Source: Phaeosaccion multiseriatum
Taxonomy: Eukaryota > Protista > Ochrophyta, other classes
DNA length: 64,000 nucleotides
Reading direction: 5' to 3'
NCBI GenBank assembly: GCA_965112735.1
Contig: OZ218954.1
Coordinates: forward strand, 2,542,001-2,606,000
Of the stretch, positions 10,101-25,100 are shown piece after piece; position 1 is the first letter of the stretch; every line of letters begins with the position of its first letter. The position numbers and the translations under genes were made by a program. The notes beneath the pieces were generated by a model that had not been told where the DNA came from, did no database searches, and saw nothing but the letters and a program-made list of their open reading frames with translations.

Positions 10101-13100
10101 ATGGGCTCAACAGGCCCAATCTGGCCCCTGGTTGGGCCCAAAGCAAGCATTTGCGGGGCACAAACAGCCTAAATGACGGGTTGGCGTGTCATACCATGCC
10201 CGCGCAGAGCATCGGATCATCACGACTGGCCTATCCGACACACTGCATCGCCACAACAGCGCCCAGTGGGACCTTGAATGGGCTCAACAGGCCCAATCTG
10301 GCCCCTGGTTGGGCCCAAAGCAAGCATTTGCGGGGCACAAACAGCCTAAATGACGGGTTAGTGTGTCATACCATGCTTGCGCAGAGCATCGGATCAGCAC
10401 GACTGGCCTATCCGACACACTGCATCGCCACAACAGCGCCCACTGGGACGTCGAATGGGCTCAACAGGCCCAATCTGGCCCCTGGTTGGGCCCAAAGCAA
10501 GCATTTGCGGGGCACAAACAGCCTAAATGACGGGTTGGCGTGTCATACCATGCCCGCGCAGAGCATCGGATCATCACTACTGGCCTATCCGACACACTGC
10601 ATCGCCACAACAGCGCCCAGTGGGACCTTGAATGGGCTCAACAGGCCCAATCTGGCCCCTGGTTGGGCCCAAAGCAAGCATTTGCGGGGCACAAACAGCC
10701 TAAATGACGGGTTGGTGTGTCATACCATGCCTGCGCAGAGCATCGGATCATCACGACTGGCCTATCCGACACACTGCATCGCCACAACAGCGCCCACTGG
10801 GACGTCGAATGGGCTCAACAGGCCCAATCTGGCCCCTGGTTGGGCCCAAAGCAAGCATTTGCGGGGCACAAACAGCCTAAATGACGGGTTAGTGTGTCAT
10901 ACCATGCTTGCGCAGAGCATCGGATCATCACGACTGGCCTATCCGACACACTGCATCGCCACAACAGCGCCCAGTGGGACGTCGAATGGGCTCAACAGGC
11001 CCAATCTGGCCCCTGGTTAGGCCCAAAGCAATGCGGGGCACACACAGCCTAAATGACGGGTTGGCGTGTCATACCATGCCCGCGCAGAGCATCGTATCAG
11101 CATGACTGGCCTATCCGACACACTGCATCGCCACAACAGCGCCCAGTGGGGTGACGAATACGCTCAACAGGCCCAATCTGGCCCCTGGTTGGGCCCAAAG
11201 CAAGCATTTGCGGGGCACAAACAGCCTAAATGACGGGTTAGCGTGTCATACCATGCCCGCGCAGAGCATCGGATCATCACGACTGGCCTATCCGACACAC
11301 TGCATCGCCACAACAGCGCCCAGTGGGACCTTGAATGGGCTCAACAGGCCCAATCTGGCCCCTGGTTGGGCCCAAAGCAAGCATTTGCGGGGCACAAACA
11401 GCCTAAATGACGGGTTGGTGTGTCATACCATGCCCGCGCAGAGCATCGGATCATCACGACTGGCCTATCCGACACACTGCATCGCCACAACAGCGCCCAG
11501 TGGGGTGACGAATACGCTCAACAGGCCCAATCTGGCCCCTGGTTGGGCCCAAAGCAAGCATTTGCGGGGCACAAACAGCCTAAATGACGGGTTGGCGTGT
11601 CTCAACATGCCCGCGCAGAGCATCGGATCATCACGACTGGCCTATCCGACACACTGCATCGCCACAACAGCGCCCAGTGGGACCTTGAATGGGCTCAACA
11701 GGCCCAATCTGGCCCCTGGTTGGGCCCAAAGCAAGCATTTGCGGGGCACAAACAGCCTAAATGACGGGTTGGCGTGTCTCAACATGCCCGCGCAGAGCAT
11801 CGGATCATCACCACTGGCCTATCCGACACACTGCATCGCCACAACAGCGCCCAGTGGGACCTTGAATGGGCTCAACAGGCCCAATCTGGCCCCTGGTTGG
11901 GCCCAAAGCAAGCATTTGCGGGGCACAAACAGCCTAAATGACGGGTTAGCGTGTCATACCATGCTTGCGCAGAGCATCGGATCAGCACGACTGGCCTATC
12001 CGACACACTGCATCGCCACAACAGCGCCCAGTGGGACCTTGAATGGGCTCAACAGGCCCAATCTGGCCCCTGGTTGGGCCCAAAGCAAGCATTTGCGGGG
12101 CACAAACAGCCTAAATGACGGGTTAGTGTGTCATACCATGCTTGCGCAGAGCATCGGATCATCACGACTGGCCTATCCGACACACTGCATCGCCACAACA
12201 GCGCCCAGTGGGACGTCGAATGGGCTCAACAGGCCCAATCTGGCCCCTGGTTAGGCCCAAAGCAATGCGGGGCACACACAGCCTAAATGACGGGTTGGCG
12301 TGTCATACCATGCCCGCGCAGAGCATCGTATCAGCATGACTGGCCTATCCGACACACTGCATCGCCACAACAGCGCCCAGTGGGGTGACGAATACGCTCA
12401 ACAGGCCCAATCTGGCCCCTGGTTGGGCCCAAAGCAAGCATTTGCGGGGCACAAACAGCCTAAATGACGGGTTGGTGTGTCATACCATGCCCGCGCAGAG
12501 CATTGGATCATCACGACTGACCTGTCCGACACACTGCATCGCCACAACAGCGCCCAGTGGGACCTTGAATGGGCTCAACAGGCCCAATCTGGCCCCTGGT
12601 TGGGCCCAAAGCAAGCATTTGCGGGGCACAAACAGCCTAAATGACGGGTTGGCGTGTCATACCATGCCCGCGCAGAGCATCGGATCATCACGACTGGCCT
12701 ATCCGACACACTGCATCGCCACAACAGCGCCCAGTGGGACCTTGAATGGGCTCAACAGGCCCAATCTGGCCCCTGGTTGGGCCCAAAGCAAGCATTTGCG
12801 GGGCACAAACAGCCTAAATGACGGGTTAGTGTGTCATACCATGCTTGCGCAGAGCATCGGATCAGCACGACTGGCCTATCCGACACACTGCATCGCCACA
12901 ACAGCGCCCACTGGGACGTCGAATGGGCTCAACAGGCCCAATCTGGCCCCTGGTTGGGCCCAAAGCAAGCATTTGCGGGGCACAAACAGCCTAAATGACG
13001 GGTTGGCGTGTCATACCATGCCCGCGCAGAGCATCGTATCAGCATGACTGGCCTATCCGACACACTGCATCGCCACAACAGCGCCCAGTGGGGTGACGAA

Positions 13101-16100
13101 TACGCTCAACAGGCCCAATCTGGCCCCTGGTTGGGCCCAAAGCAAGCATTTGCGGGGCACAAACAGCCTAAATGACGGGTTGGCGTGTCATACCATGCCC
13201 GCGCAGAGCATCGGATCATCACGACTGGCCTATCCGACACACTGCATCGCCACAACAGCGCCCAGTGGGACGTCGAATGGGCTCAACAGGCCCAATCTGG
13301 CCCCTGGTTAGGCCCAAAGCAATGCGGGGCACACACAGCCTAAATGACGGGTTGGCGTGTCATACCATGCCCGCGCAGAGCATCGTATCAGCATGACTGG
13401 CCTATCCGACACACTGCATCGCCACAACAGCGCCCAGTGGGGTGACGAATACGCTCAACAGGCCCAATCTGGCCCCTGGTTGGGCCCAAAGCAAGCATTT
13501 GCGGGGCACAAACAGCCTAAATGACGGGTTGGCGTGTCATACCATGCCCGCGCAGAGCATCGGATCATCACGACTGGCCTATCCGACACACTGCATCGCC
13601 ACAACAGCGCCCAGTGGGACCTTGAATGGGCTCAACAGGCCCAATCTGGCCCCTGGTTGGGCCCAAAGCAAGCATTTGCGGGGCACAAACAGCCTAAATG
13701 ACGGGTTAGCGTGTCTCAACATGCCCGCGCAGAGCATTGGATCATCACGACTGACCTGTCCGACACACTGCATCGCCACAACAGCGCCCAGTGGGACCTT
13801 GAATGGGCTCAACAGGCCCAATCTGGCCCCTGGTTGGGCCCAAAGCAAGCATTTGCGGGGCACAAACAGCCTAAATGACGGGTTGGCGTGTCATACCATG
13901 CCCGCGCAGAGCATCGGATCATCACGACTGGCCTATCCGACACACTGCATCGCCACAACAGCGCCCAGTGGGACCTTGAATGGGCTCAACAGGCCCAATC
14001 TGGCCCCTGGTTGGGCCCAAAGCAAGCATTTGCGGGGCACAAACAGCCTAAATGACGGGTTAGTGTGTCATACCATGCTTGCGCAGAGCATCGGATCAGC
14101 ACGACTGGCCTATCCGACACACTGCATCGCCACAACAGCGCCCACTGGGACGTCGAATGGGCTCAACAGGCCCAATCTGGCCCCTGGTTGGGCCCAAAGC
14201 AAGCATTTGCGGGGCACAAACAGCCTAAATGACGGGTTGGCGTGTCATACCATGCCCGCGCAGAGCATCGGATCATCACTACTGGCCTATCCGACACACT
14301 GCATCGCCACAACAGCGCCCACTGGGACCTTGAATGGGCTCAACAGGCCCAATCTGGCCCCTGGTTGGGCCCAAAGCAAGCATTTGCGGGGCACAAACAG
14401 CCTAAATGACGGGTTAGTGTGTCATACCATGCTTGCGCAGAGCATCGGATCAGCACGACTGGCCTATCCGACACACTGCATCGCCACAACAGCGCCCACT
14501 GGGACGTCGAATGGGCTCAACAGGCCCAATCTGGCCCCTGGTTGGGCCCAAAGCAAGCATTTGCGGGGCACAAACAGCCTAAATGACGGGTTGGTGTGTC
14601 ATACCATGCTTGCGCAGAGCATTGGATCAGCACGACTGGCCTATCCGACACACTGCATTGCCACAACAGCGCCCACTGGGACCTTGAATGGGCTCAACAG
14701 GCCCAATCTGGCCCCTGGTTGGGCCCAAAGCAAGCATTTGCGGGGCACAAACAGCCTAAATGACGGGTTGGTGTGTCATACCATGCCTGCGCAGAGCATC
14801 GGATCATCACGACTGGCCTATCCGACACACTGCATCGCCACAACAGCGCCCACTGGGACGTCGAATGTGCTCAACAGGCCCAATCTGGCCCCTGGTTGGG
14901 CCCAAAGCAAGCATTTGCGGGGCACAAACAGCCTAAATGACGGGTTGGTGTGTCATACCATGCCTGCGCAGAGCATCGGATCATCACGACTGGCCTATCC
15001 GACACACTGCATCGCCACAACAGCGCCCACTGGGACCTTGAATGGGCTCAACAGGCCCAATCTGGCCCCTGGTTGGGCCCAAAGCAAGCATTTGCGGGGC
15101 ACAAACAGCCTAAATGACGGGTTAGCGTGTCTCAACATGCCCGCGCAGAGCATTGGATCATCACGACTGACCTGTCCGACACACTGCATCGCCACAACAG
15201 CGCCCAGTGGGACCTTGAATGGGCTCAACAGGCCCAATCTGGCCCCTGGTTGGGCCCAAAGCAAGCATTTGCGGGGCACAAACAGCCTAAATGACGGGTT
15301 GGCGTGTCATACCATGCCCGCGCAGAGCATCGGATCATCACGACTGGCCTATCCGACACACTGCATCGCCACAACAGCGCCCAGTGGGACCTTGAATGGG
15401 CTCAACAGGCCCAATCTGGCCCCTGGTTGGGCCCAAAGCAAGCATTTGCGGGGCACAAACAGCCTAAATGACGGGTTAGTGTGTCATACCATGCTTGCGC
15501 AGAGCATCGGATCAGCACGACTGGCCTATCCGACACACTGCATCGCCACAACAGCGCCCACTGGGACGTCGAATGGGCTCAACAGGCCCAATCTGGCCCC
15601 TGGTTGGGCCCAAAGCAAGCATTTGCGGGGCACAAACAGCCTAAATGACGGGTTGGCGTGTCATACCATGCCCGCGCAGAGCATCGGATCATCACTACTG
15701 GCCTATCCGACACACTGCATCGCCACAACAGCGCCCACTGGGACCTTGAATGGGCTCAACAGGCCCAATCTGGCCCCTGGTTGGGCCCAAAGCAAGCATT
15801 TGCGGGGCACAAACAGCCTAAATGACGGGTTAGTGTGTCATACCATGCTTGCGCAGAGCATCGGATCAGCACGACTGGCCTATCCGACACACTGCATCGC
15901 CACAACAGCGCCCACTGGGACGTCGAATGGGCTCAACAGGCCCAATCTGGCCCCTGGTTGGGCCCAAAGCAAGCATTTGCGGGGCACAAACAGCCTAAAT
16001 GACGGGTTGGTGTGTCATACCATGCTTGCGCAGAGCATTGGATCAGCACGACTGGCCTATCCGACACACTGCATTGCCACAACAGCGCCCACTGGGACCT

Positions 16101-19100
16101 TGAATGGGCTCAACAGGCCCAATCTGGCCCCTGGTTGGGCCCAAAGCAAGCATTTGCGGGGCACAAACAGCCTAAATGACGGGTTGGTGTGTCATACCAT
16201 GCCTGCGCAGAGCATCGGATCATCACGACTGGCCTATCCGACACACTGCATCGCCACAACAGCGCCCACTGGGACGTCGAATGTGCTCAACAGGCCCAAT
16301 CTGGCCCCTGGTTGGGCCCAAAGCAAGCATTTGCGGGGCACAAACAGCCTAAATGACGGGTTGGTGTGTCATACCATGCCTGCGCAGAGCATCGGATCAT
16401 CACGACTGGCCTATCCGACACACTGCATCGCCACAACAGCGCCCACTGGGACCTTGAATGGGCTCAACAGGCCCAATCTGGCCCCTGGTTGGGCCCAAAG
16501 CAAGCATTTGCGGGGCACAAACAGCCTAAATGACGGGTTAGCGTGTCTCAACATGCCCGCGCAGAGCATTGGATCATCACGACTGACCTGTCCGACACAC
16601 TGCATCGCCACAACAGCGCCCAGTGGGACCTTGAATGGGCTCAACAGGCCCAATCTGGCCCCTGGTTGGGCCCAAAGCAAGCATTTGCGGGGCACAAACA
16701 GCCTAAATGACGGGTTGGCGTGTCATACCATGCCCGCGCAGAGCATCGGATCATCACGACTGGCCTATCCGACACACTGCATCGCCACAACAGCGCCCAG
16801 TGGGACCTTGAATGGGCTCAACAGGCCCAATCTGGCCCCTGGTTGGGCCCAAAGCAAGCATTTGCGGGGCACAAACAGCCTAAATGACGGGTTAGTGTGT
16901 CATACCATGCTTGCGCAGAGCATCGGATCAGCACGACTGGCCTATCCGACACACTGCATCGCCACAACAGCGCCCACTGGGACGTCGAATGGGCTCAACA
17001 GGCCCAATCTGGCCCCTGGTTGGGCCCAAAGCAAGCATTTGCGGGGCACAAACAGCCTAAATGACGGGTTGGCGTGTCATACCATGCCCGCGCAGAGCAT
17101 CGGATCATCACTACTGGCCTATCCGACACACTGCATCGCCACAACAGCGCCCACTGGGACCTTGAATGGGCTCAACAGGCCCAATCTGGCCCCTGGTTGG
17201 GCCCAAAGCAAGCATTTGCGGGGCACAAACAGCCTAAATGACGGGTTAGTGTGTCATACCATGCTTGCGCAGAGCATCGGATCAGCACGACTGGCCTATC
17301 CGACACACTGCATCGCCACAACAGCGCCCACTGGGACGTCGAATGGGCTCAACAGGCCCAATCTGGCCCCTGGTTGGGCCCAAAGCAAGCATTTGCGGGG
17401 CACAAACAGCCTAAATGACGGGTTGGTGTGTCATACCATGCTTGCGCAGAGCATTGGATCAGCACGACTGGCCTATCCGACACACTGCATTGCCACAACA
17501 GCGCCCAGTGGGACCTTGAATGGGCTCAACAGGCCCAATCTGGCCCCTGGTTGGGCCCAAAGCAAGCATTTGCGGGGCACAAACAGCCTAAATGACGGGT
17601 TGGTGTGTCATACCATGCCTGCGCAGAGCATCGGATCATCACGACTGGCCTATCCGACACACTGCATCGCCACAACAGCGCCCACTGGGACGTCGAATGT
17701 GCTCAACAGGCCCAATCTGGCCCCTGGTTGGGCCCAAAGCAAGCATTTGCGGGGCACAAACAGCCTAAATGACGGGTTGGTGTGTCATACCATGCCTGCG
17801 CAGAGCATCGGATCATCACGACTGGCCTATCCGACACACTGCATCGCCACAACAGCGCCCACTGGGACGTCGAATGTGCTCAACAGGCCCAATCTGGCCC
17901 CTGGTTGGGCCCAAAGCAAGCATTTGCGGGGCACAAACAGCCTAAATGACGGGTTGGTGTGTCATACCATGCCTGCGCAGAGCATCGGATCATCACGACT
18001 GGCCTATCCGACACACTGCATCGCCACAACAGCGCCCACTGGGACGTCGAATGGGCTCAACAGGCCCAATCTGGCCCCTGGTTGGGCCCAAAGCAAGCAT
18101 TTGCGGGGCACAAACAGCCTAAATGACGGGTTGGTGTGTCATACCATGCTTGCGCAGAGCATTGGATCAGCACGACTGGCCTATCCGACACACTGCATTG
18201 CCACAACAGCGCCCAGTGGGACCTTGAATGGGCTCAACAGGCCCAATCTGGCCCCTGGTTGGGCCCAAAGCAAGCATTTGCGGGGCACAAACAGCCTAAA
18301 TGACGGGTTGGTGTGTCATACCATGCCTGCGCAGAGCATCGGATCATCACGACTGGCCTATCCGACACACTGCATCGCCACAACAGCGCCCACTGGGACG
18401 TCGAATGTGCTCAACAGGCCCAATCTGGCCCCTGGTTGGGCCCAAAGCAAGCATTTGCGGGGCACAAACAGCCTAAATGACGGGTTGGTGTGTCATACCA
18501 TGCCTGCGCAGAGCATCGGATCATCACGACTGGCCTATCCGACACACTGCATCGCCACAACAGCGCCCACTGGGACCTTGAATGGGCTCAACAGGCCCAA
18601 TCTGGCCCCTGGTTGGGCCCAAAGCAAGCATTTGCGGGGCACAAACAGCCTAAATGACGGGTTAGCGTGTCTCAACATGCCCGCGCAGAGCATTGGATCA
18701 TCACGACTGACCTGTCCGACACACTGCATCGCCACAACAGCGCCCAGTGGGACCTTGAATGGGCTCAACAGGCCCAATCTGGCCCCTGGTTGGGCCCAAA
18801 GCAAGCATTTGCGGGGCACAAACAGCCTAAATGACGGGTTGGCGTGTCATACCATGCCCGCGCAGAGCATCGGATCATCACGACTGGCCTATCCGACACA
18901 CTGCATCGCCACAACAGCGCCCAGTGGGACCTTGAATGGGCTCAACAGGCCCAATCTGGCCCCTGGTTGGGCCCAAAGCAAGCATTTGCGGGGCACAAAC
19001 AGCCTAAATGACGGGTTAGTGTGTCATACCATGCTTGCGCAGAGCATCGGATCAGCACGACTGGCCTATCCGACACACTGCATCGCCACAACAGCGCCCA

Positions 19101-22100
19101 CTGGGACGTCGAATGGGCTCAACAGGCCCAATCTGGCCCCTGGTTGGGCCCAAAGCAAGCATTTGCGGGGCACAAACAGCCTAAATGACGGGTTGGCGTG
19201 TCATACCATGCCCGCGCAGAGCATCGGATCATCACTACTGGCCTATCCGACACACTGCATCGCCACAACAGCGCCCACTGGGACCTTGAATGGGCTCAAC
19301 AGGCCCAATCTGGCCCCTGGTTGGGCCCAAAGCAAGCATTTGCGGGGCACAAACAGCCTAAATGACGGGTTAGTGTGTCATACCATGCTTGCGCAGAGCA
19401 TCGGATCAGCACGACTGGCCTATCCGACACACTGCATCGCCACAACAGCGCCCACTGGGACGTCGAATGGGCTCAACAGGCCCAATCTGGCCCCTGGTTG
19501 GGCCCAAAGCAAGCATTTGCGGGGCACAAACAGCCTAAATGACGGGTTGGTGTGTCATACCATGCTTGCGCAGAGCATTGGATCAGCACGACTGGCCTAT
19601 CCGACACACTGCATTGCCACAACAGCGCCCACTGGGACCTTGAATGGGCTCAACAGGCCCAATCTGGCCCCTGGTTGGGCCCAAAGCAAGCATTTGCGGG
19701 GCACAAACAGCCTAAATGACGGGTTGGTGTGTCATACCATGCCTGCGCAGAGCATCGGATCATCACGACTGGCCTATCCGACACACTGCATCGCCACAAC
19801 AGCGCCCACTGGGACGTCGAATGTGCTCAACAGGCCCAATCTGGCCCCTGGTTGGGCCCAAAGCAAGCATTTGCGGGGCACAAACAGCCTAAATGACGGG
19901 TTGGTGTGTCATACCATGCCTGCGCAGAGCATCGGATCATCACGACTGGCCTATCCGACACACTGCATCGCCACAACAGCGCCCACTGGGACCTTGAATG
20001 GGCTCAACAGGCCCAATCTGGCCCCTGGTTGGGCCCAAAGCAAGCATTTGCGGGGCACAAACAGCCTAAATGACGGGTTAGCGTGTCTCAACATGCCCGC
20101 GCAGAGCATTGGATCATCACGACTGACCTGTCCGACACACTGCATCGCCACAACAGCGCCCAGTGGGACCTTGAATGGGCTCAACAGGCCCAATCTGGCC
20201 CCTGGTTGGGCCCAAAGCAAGCATTTGCGGGGCACAAACAGCCTAAATGACGGGTTGGCGTGTCATACCATGCCCGCGCAGAGCATCGGATCATCACGAC
20301 TGGCCTATCCGACACACTGCATCGCCACAACAGCGCCCAGTGGGACCTTGAATGGGCTCAACAGGCCCAATCTGGCCCCTGGTTGGGCCCAAAGCAAGCA
20401 TTTGCGGGGCACAAACAGCCTAAATGACGGGTTGGCGTGTCATACCATGCCCGCGCAGAGCATCGGATCATCACGACTGGCCTATCCGACACACTGCATC
20501 GCCACAACAGCGCCCACTGGGACGTCGAATGGGCTCAACAGGCCCAATCTGGCCCCTGGTTGGGCCCAAAGCAAGCATTTGCGGGGCACAAACAGCCTAA
20601 ATGACGGGTTGGCGTGTCATACCATGCCCGCGCAGAGCATCGGATCATCACTACTGGCCTATCCGACACACTGCATCGCCACAACAGCGCCCAGTGGGAC
20701 CTTGAATGGGCTCAACAGGCCCAATCTGGCCCCTGGTTGGGCCCAAAGCAAGCATTTGCGGGGCACAAACAGCCTAAATGACGGGTTGGTGTGTCATACC
20801 ATGCCTGCGCAGAGCATCGGATCATCACGACTGGCCTATCCGACACACTGCATCGCCACAACAGCGCCCACTGGGACGTCGAATGTGCTCAACAGGCCCA
20901 ATCTGGCCCCTGGTTGGGCCCAAAGCAAGCATTTGCGGGGCACAAACAGCCTAAATGACGGGTTGGTGTGTCATACCATGCCTGCGCAGAGCATCGGATC
21001 ATCACGACTGGCCTATCCGACACACTGCATCGCCACAACAGCGCCCACTGGGACCTTGAATGGGCTCAACAGGCCCAATCTGGCCCCTGGTTGGGCCCAA
21101 AGCAAGCATTTGCGGGGCACAAACAGCCTAAATGACGGGTTAGTGTGTCATACCATGCTTGCGCAGAGCATCGGATCATCACGACTGGCCTATCCGACAC
21201 ACTGCATCGCCACAACAGCGCCCAGTGGGACGTCGAATGGGCTCAACAGGCCCAATCTGGCCCCTGGTTAGGCCCAAAGCAATGCGGGGCACACACAGCC
21301 TAAATGACGGGTTGGCGTGTCATACCATGCCCGCGCAGAGCATCGTATCAGCATGACTGGCCTATCCGACACACTGCATCGCCACAACAGCGCCCAGTGG
21401 GGTGACGAATACGCTCAACAGGCCCAATCTGGCCCCTGGTTGGGCCCAAAGCAAGCATTTGCGGGGCACAAACAGCCTAAATGACGGGTTGGCGTGTCAT
21501 ACCATGCCCGCGCAGAGCATCGGATCATCACGACTGGCCTATCCGACACACTGCATCGCCACAACAGCGCCCAGTGGGACCTTGAATGGGCTCAACAGGC
21601 CCAATCTGGCCCCTGGTTGGGCCCAAAGCAAGCATTTGCGGGGCACAAACAGCCTAAATGACGGGTTGGTGTGTCATACCATGCCCGCGCAGAGCATCGG
21701 ATCAGCACGACTGGCCTATCCGACACACTGCATCGCCACAACAGCGCCCACTGGGACGTCGAATGTGCTCAACAGGCCCAATCTGGCCCCTGGTTGGGCC
21801 CAAAGCAAGCATTTGCGGGGCACAAACAGCCTAAATGACGGGTTGGTGTGTCATACCATGCCTGCGCAGAGCATCGGATCATCACGACTGGCCTATCCGA
21901 CACACTGCATCGCCACAACAGCGCCCACTGGGACGTCGAATGTGCTCAACAGGCCCAATCTGGCCCCTGGTTGGGCCCAAAGCAAGCATTTGCGGGGCAC
22001 AAACAGCCTAAATGACGGGTTGGTGTGTCATACCATGCCTGCGCAGAGCATCGGATCATCACGACTGGCCTATCCGACACACTGCATCGCCACAACAGCG

Positions 22101-25100
22101 CCCACTGGGACCTTGAATGGGCTCAACAGGCCCAATCTGGCCCCTGGTTGGGCCCAAAGCAAGCATTTGCGGGGCACAAACAGCCTAAATGACGGGTTAG
22201 TGTGTCATACCATGCTTGCGCAGAGCATCGGATCATCACGACTGGCCTATCCGACACACTGCATCGCCACAACAGCGCCCAGTGGGACGTCGAATGGGCT
22301 CAACAGGCCCAATCTGGCCCCTGGTTAGGCCCAAAGCAATGCGGGGCACACACAGCCTAAATGACGGGTTGGCGTGTCATACCATGCCCGCGCAGAGCAT
22401 CGTATCAGCATGACTGGCCTATCCGACACACTGCATCGCCACAACAGCGCCCAGTGGGGTGACGAATACGCTCAACAGGCCCAATCTGGCCCCTGGTTGG
22501 GCCCAAAGCAAGCATTTGCGGGGCACAAACAGCCTAAATGACGGGTTGGCGTGTCATACCATGCCCGCGCAGAGCATCGGATCATCACGACTGGCCTATC
22601 CGACACACTGCATCGCCACAACAGCGCCCAGTGGGACCTTGAATGGGCTCAACAGGCCCAATCTGGCCCCTGGTTGGGCCCAAAGCAAGCATTTGCGGGG
22701 CACAAACAGCCTAAATGACGGGTTGGTGTGTCATACCATGCCCGCGCAGAGCATCGGATCAGCACGACTGGCCTATCCGACACACTGCATCGCCACAACA
22801 GCGCCCACTGGGACGTCGAATGTGCTCAACAGGCCCAATCTGGCCCCTGGTTGGGCCCAAAGCAAGCATTTGCGGGGCACAAACAGCCTAAATGACGGGT
22901 TGGTGTGTCATACCATGCCTGCGCAGAGCATCGGATCATCACGACTGGCCTATCCGACACACTGCATCGCCACAACAGCGCCCACTGGGACGTCGAATGT
23001 GCTCAACAGGCCCAATCTGGCCCCTGGTTGGGCCCAAAGCAAGCATTTGCGGGGCACAAACAGCCTAAATGACGGGTTGGTGTGTCATACCATGCCTGCG
23101 CAGAGCATCGGATCATCACGACTGGCCTATCCGACACACTGCATCGCCACAACAGCGCCCACTGGGACCTTGAATGGGCTCAACAGGCCCAATCTGGCCC
23201 CTGGTTGGGCCCAAAGCAAGCATTTGCGGGGCACAAACAGCCTAAATGACGGGTTAGTGTGTCATACCATGCTTGCGCAGAGCATCGGATCAGCACGACT
23301 GGCCTATCCGACACACTGCATCGCCACAACAGCGCCCACTGGGACGTCGAATGGGCTCAACAGGCCCAATCTGGCCCCTGGTTGGGCCCAAAGCAAGCAT
23401 TTGCGGGGCACAAACAGCCTAAATGACGGGTTGGTGTGTCATACCATGCCTGCGCAGAGCATCGGATCATCACGACTGGCCTATCCGACACACTGCATCG
23501 CCACAACAGCGCCCACTGGGACCTTGAATGGGCTCAACAGGCCCAATCTGGCCCCTGGTTGGGCCCAAAGCAAGCATTTGCGGGGCACAAACAGCCTAAA
23601 TGACGGGTTAGTGTGTCATACCATGCTTGCGCAGAGCATCGGATCAGCACGACTGGCCTATCCGACACACTGCATCGCCACAACAGCGCCCACTGGGACG
23701 TCGAATGGGCTCAACAGGCCCAATCTGGCCCCTGGTTGGGCCCAAAGCAAGCATTTGCGGGGCACAAACAGCCTAAATGACGGGTTGGTGTGTCATACCA
23801 TGCTTGCGCAGAGCATCGGATCAGCACGACTGGCCTATCCGACACACTGCATTGCCACAACAGCGCCCACTGGGACCTTGAATGGGCTCAACAGGCCCAA
23901 TCTGGCCCCTGGTTGGGCCCAAAGCAAGCATTTGCGGGGCACAAACAGCCTAAATGACGGGTTGGTGTGTCATACCATGCCTGCGCAGAGCATCGGATCA
24001 TCACGACTGGCCTATCCGACACACTGCATCGCCACAACAGCGCCCACTGGGACGTCGAATGTGCTCAACAGGCCCAATCTGGCCCCTGGTTGGGCCCAAA
24101 GCAAGCATTTGCGGGGCACAAACAGCCTAAATGACGGGTTGGTGTGTCATACCATGCCTGCGCAGAGCATCGGATCATCACGACTGGCCTATCCGACACA
24201 CTGCATCGCCACAACAGCGCCCACTGGGACCTTGAATGGGCTCAACAGGCCCAATCTGGCCCCTGGTTGGGCCCAAAGCAAGCATTTGCGGGGCACAAAC
24301 AGCCTAAATGACGGGTTAGTGTGTCATACCATGCTTGCGCAGAGCATCGGATCATCACGACTGGCCTATCCGACACACTGCATCGCCACAACAGCGCCCA
24401 GTGGGACGTCGAATGGGCTCAACAGGCCCAATCTGGCCCCTGGTTAGGCCCAAAGCAATGCGGGGCACACACAGCCTAAATGACGGGTTGGCGTGTCATA
24501 CCATGCCCGCGCAGAGCATCGTATCAGCATGACTGGCCTATCCGACACACTGCATCGCCACAACAGCGCCCAGTGGGGTGACGAATACGCTCAACAGGCC
24601 CAATCTGGCCCCTGGTTGGGCCCAAAGCAAGCATTTGCGGGGCACAAACAGCCTAAATGACGGGTTGGCGTGTCATACCATGCCCGCGCAGAGCATCGGA
24701 TCATCACGACTGGCCTATCCGACACACTGCATCGCCACAACAGCGCCCAGTGGGACCTTGAATGGGCTCAACAGGCCCAATCTGGCCCCTGGTTGGGCCC
24801 AAAGCAAGCATTTGCGGGGCACAAACAGCCTAAATGACGGGTTGGTGTGTCATACCATGCCCGCGCAGAGCATCGGATCATCACGACTGGCCTATCCGAC
24901 ACACTGCATCGCCACAACAGCGCCCAGTGGGGTGACGAATACGCTCAACAGGCCCAATCTGGCCCCTGGTTGGGCCCAAAGCAAGCATTTGCGGGGCACA
25001 AACAGCCTAAATGACGGGTTGGCGTGTCTCAACATGCCCGCGCAGAGCATCGGATCATCACGACTGGCCTATCCGACACACTGCATCGCCACAACAGCGC

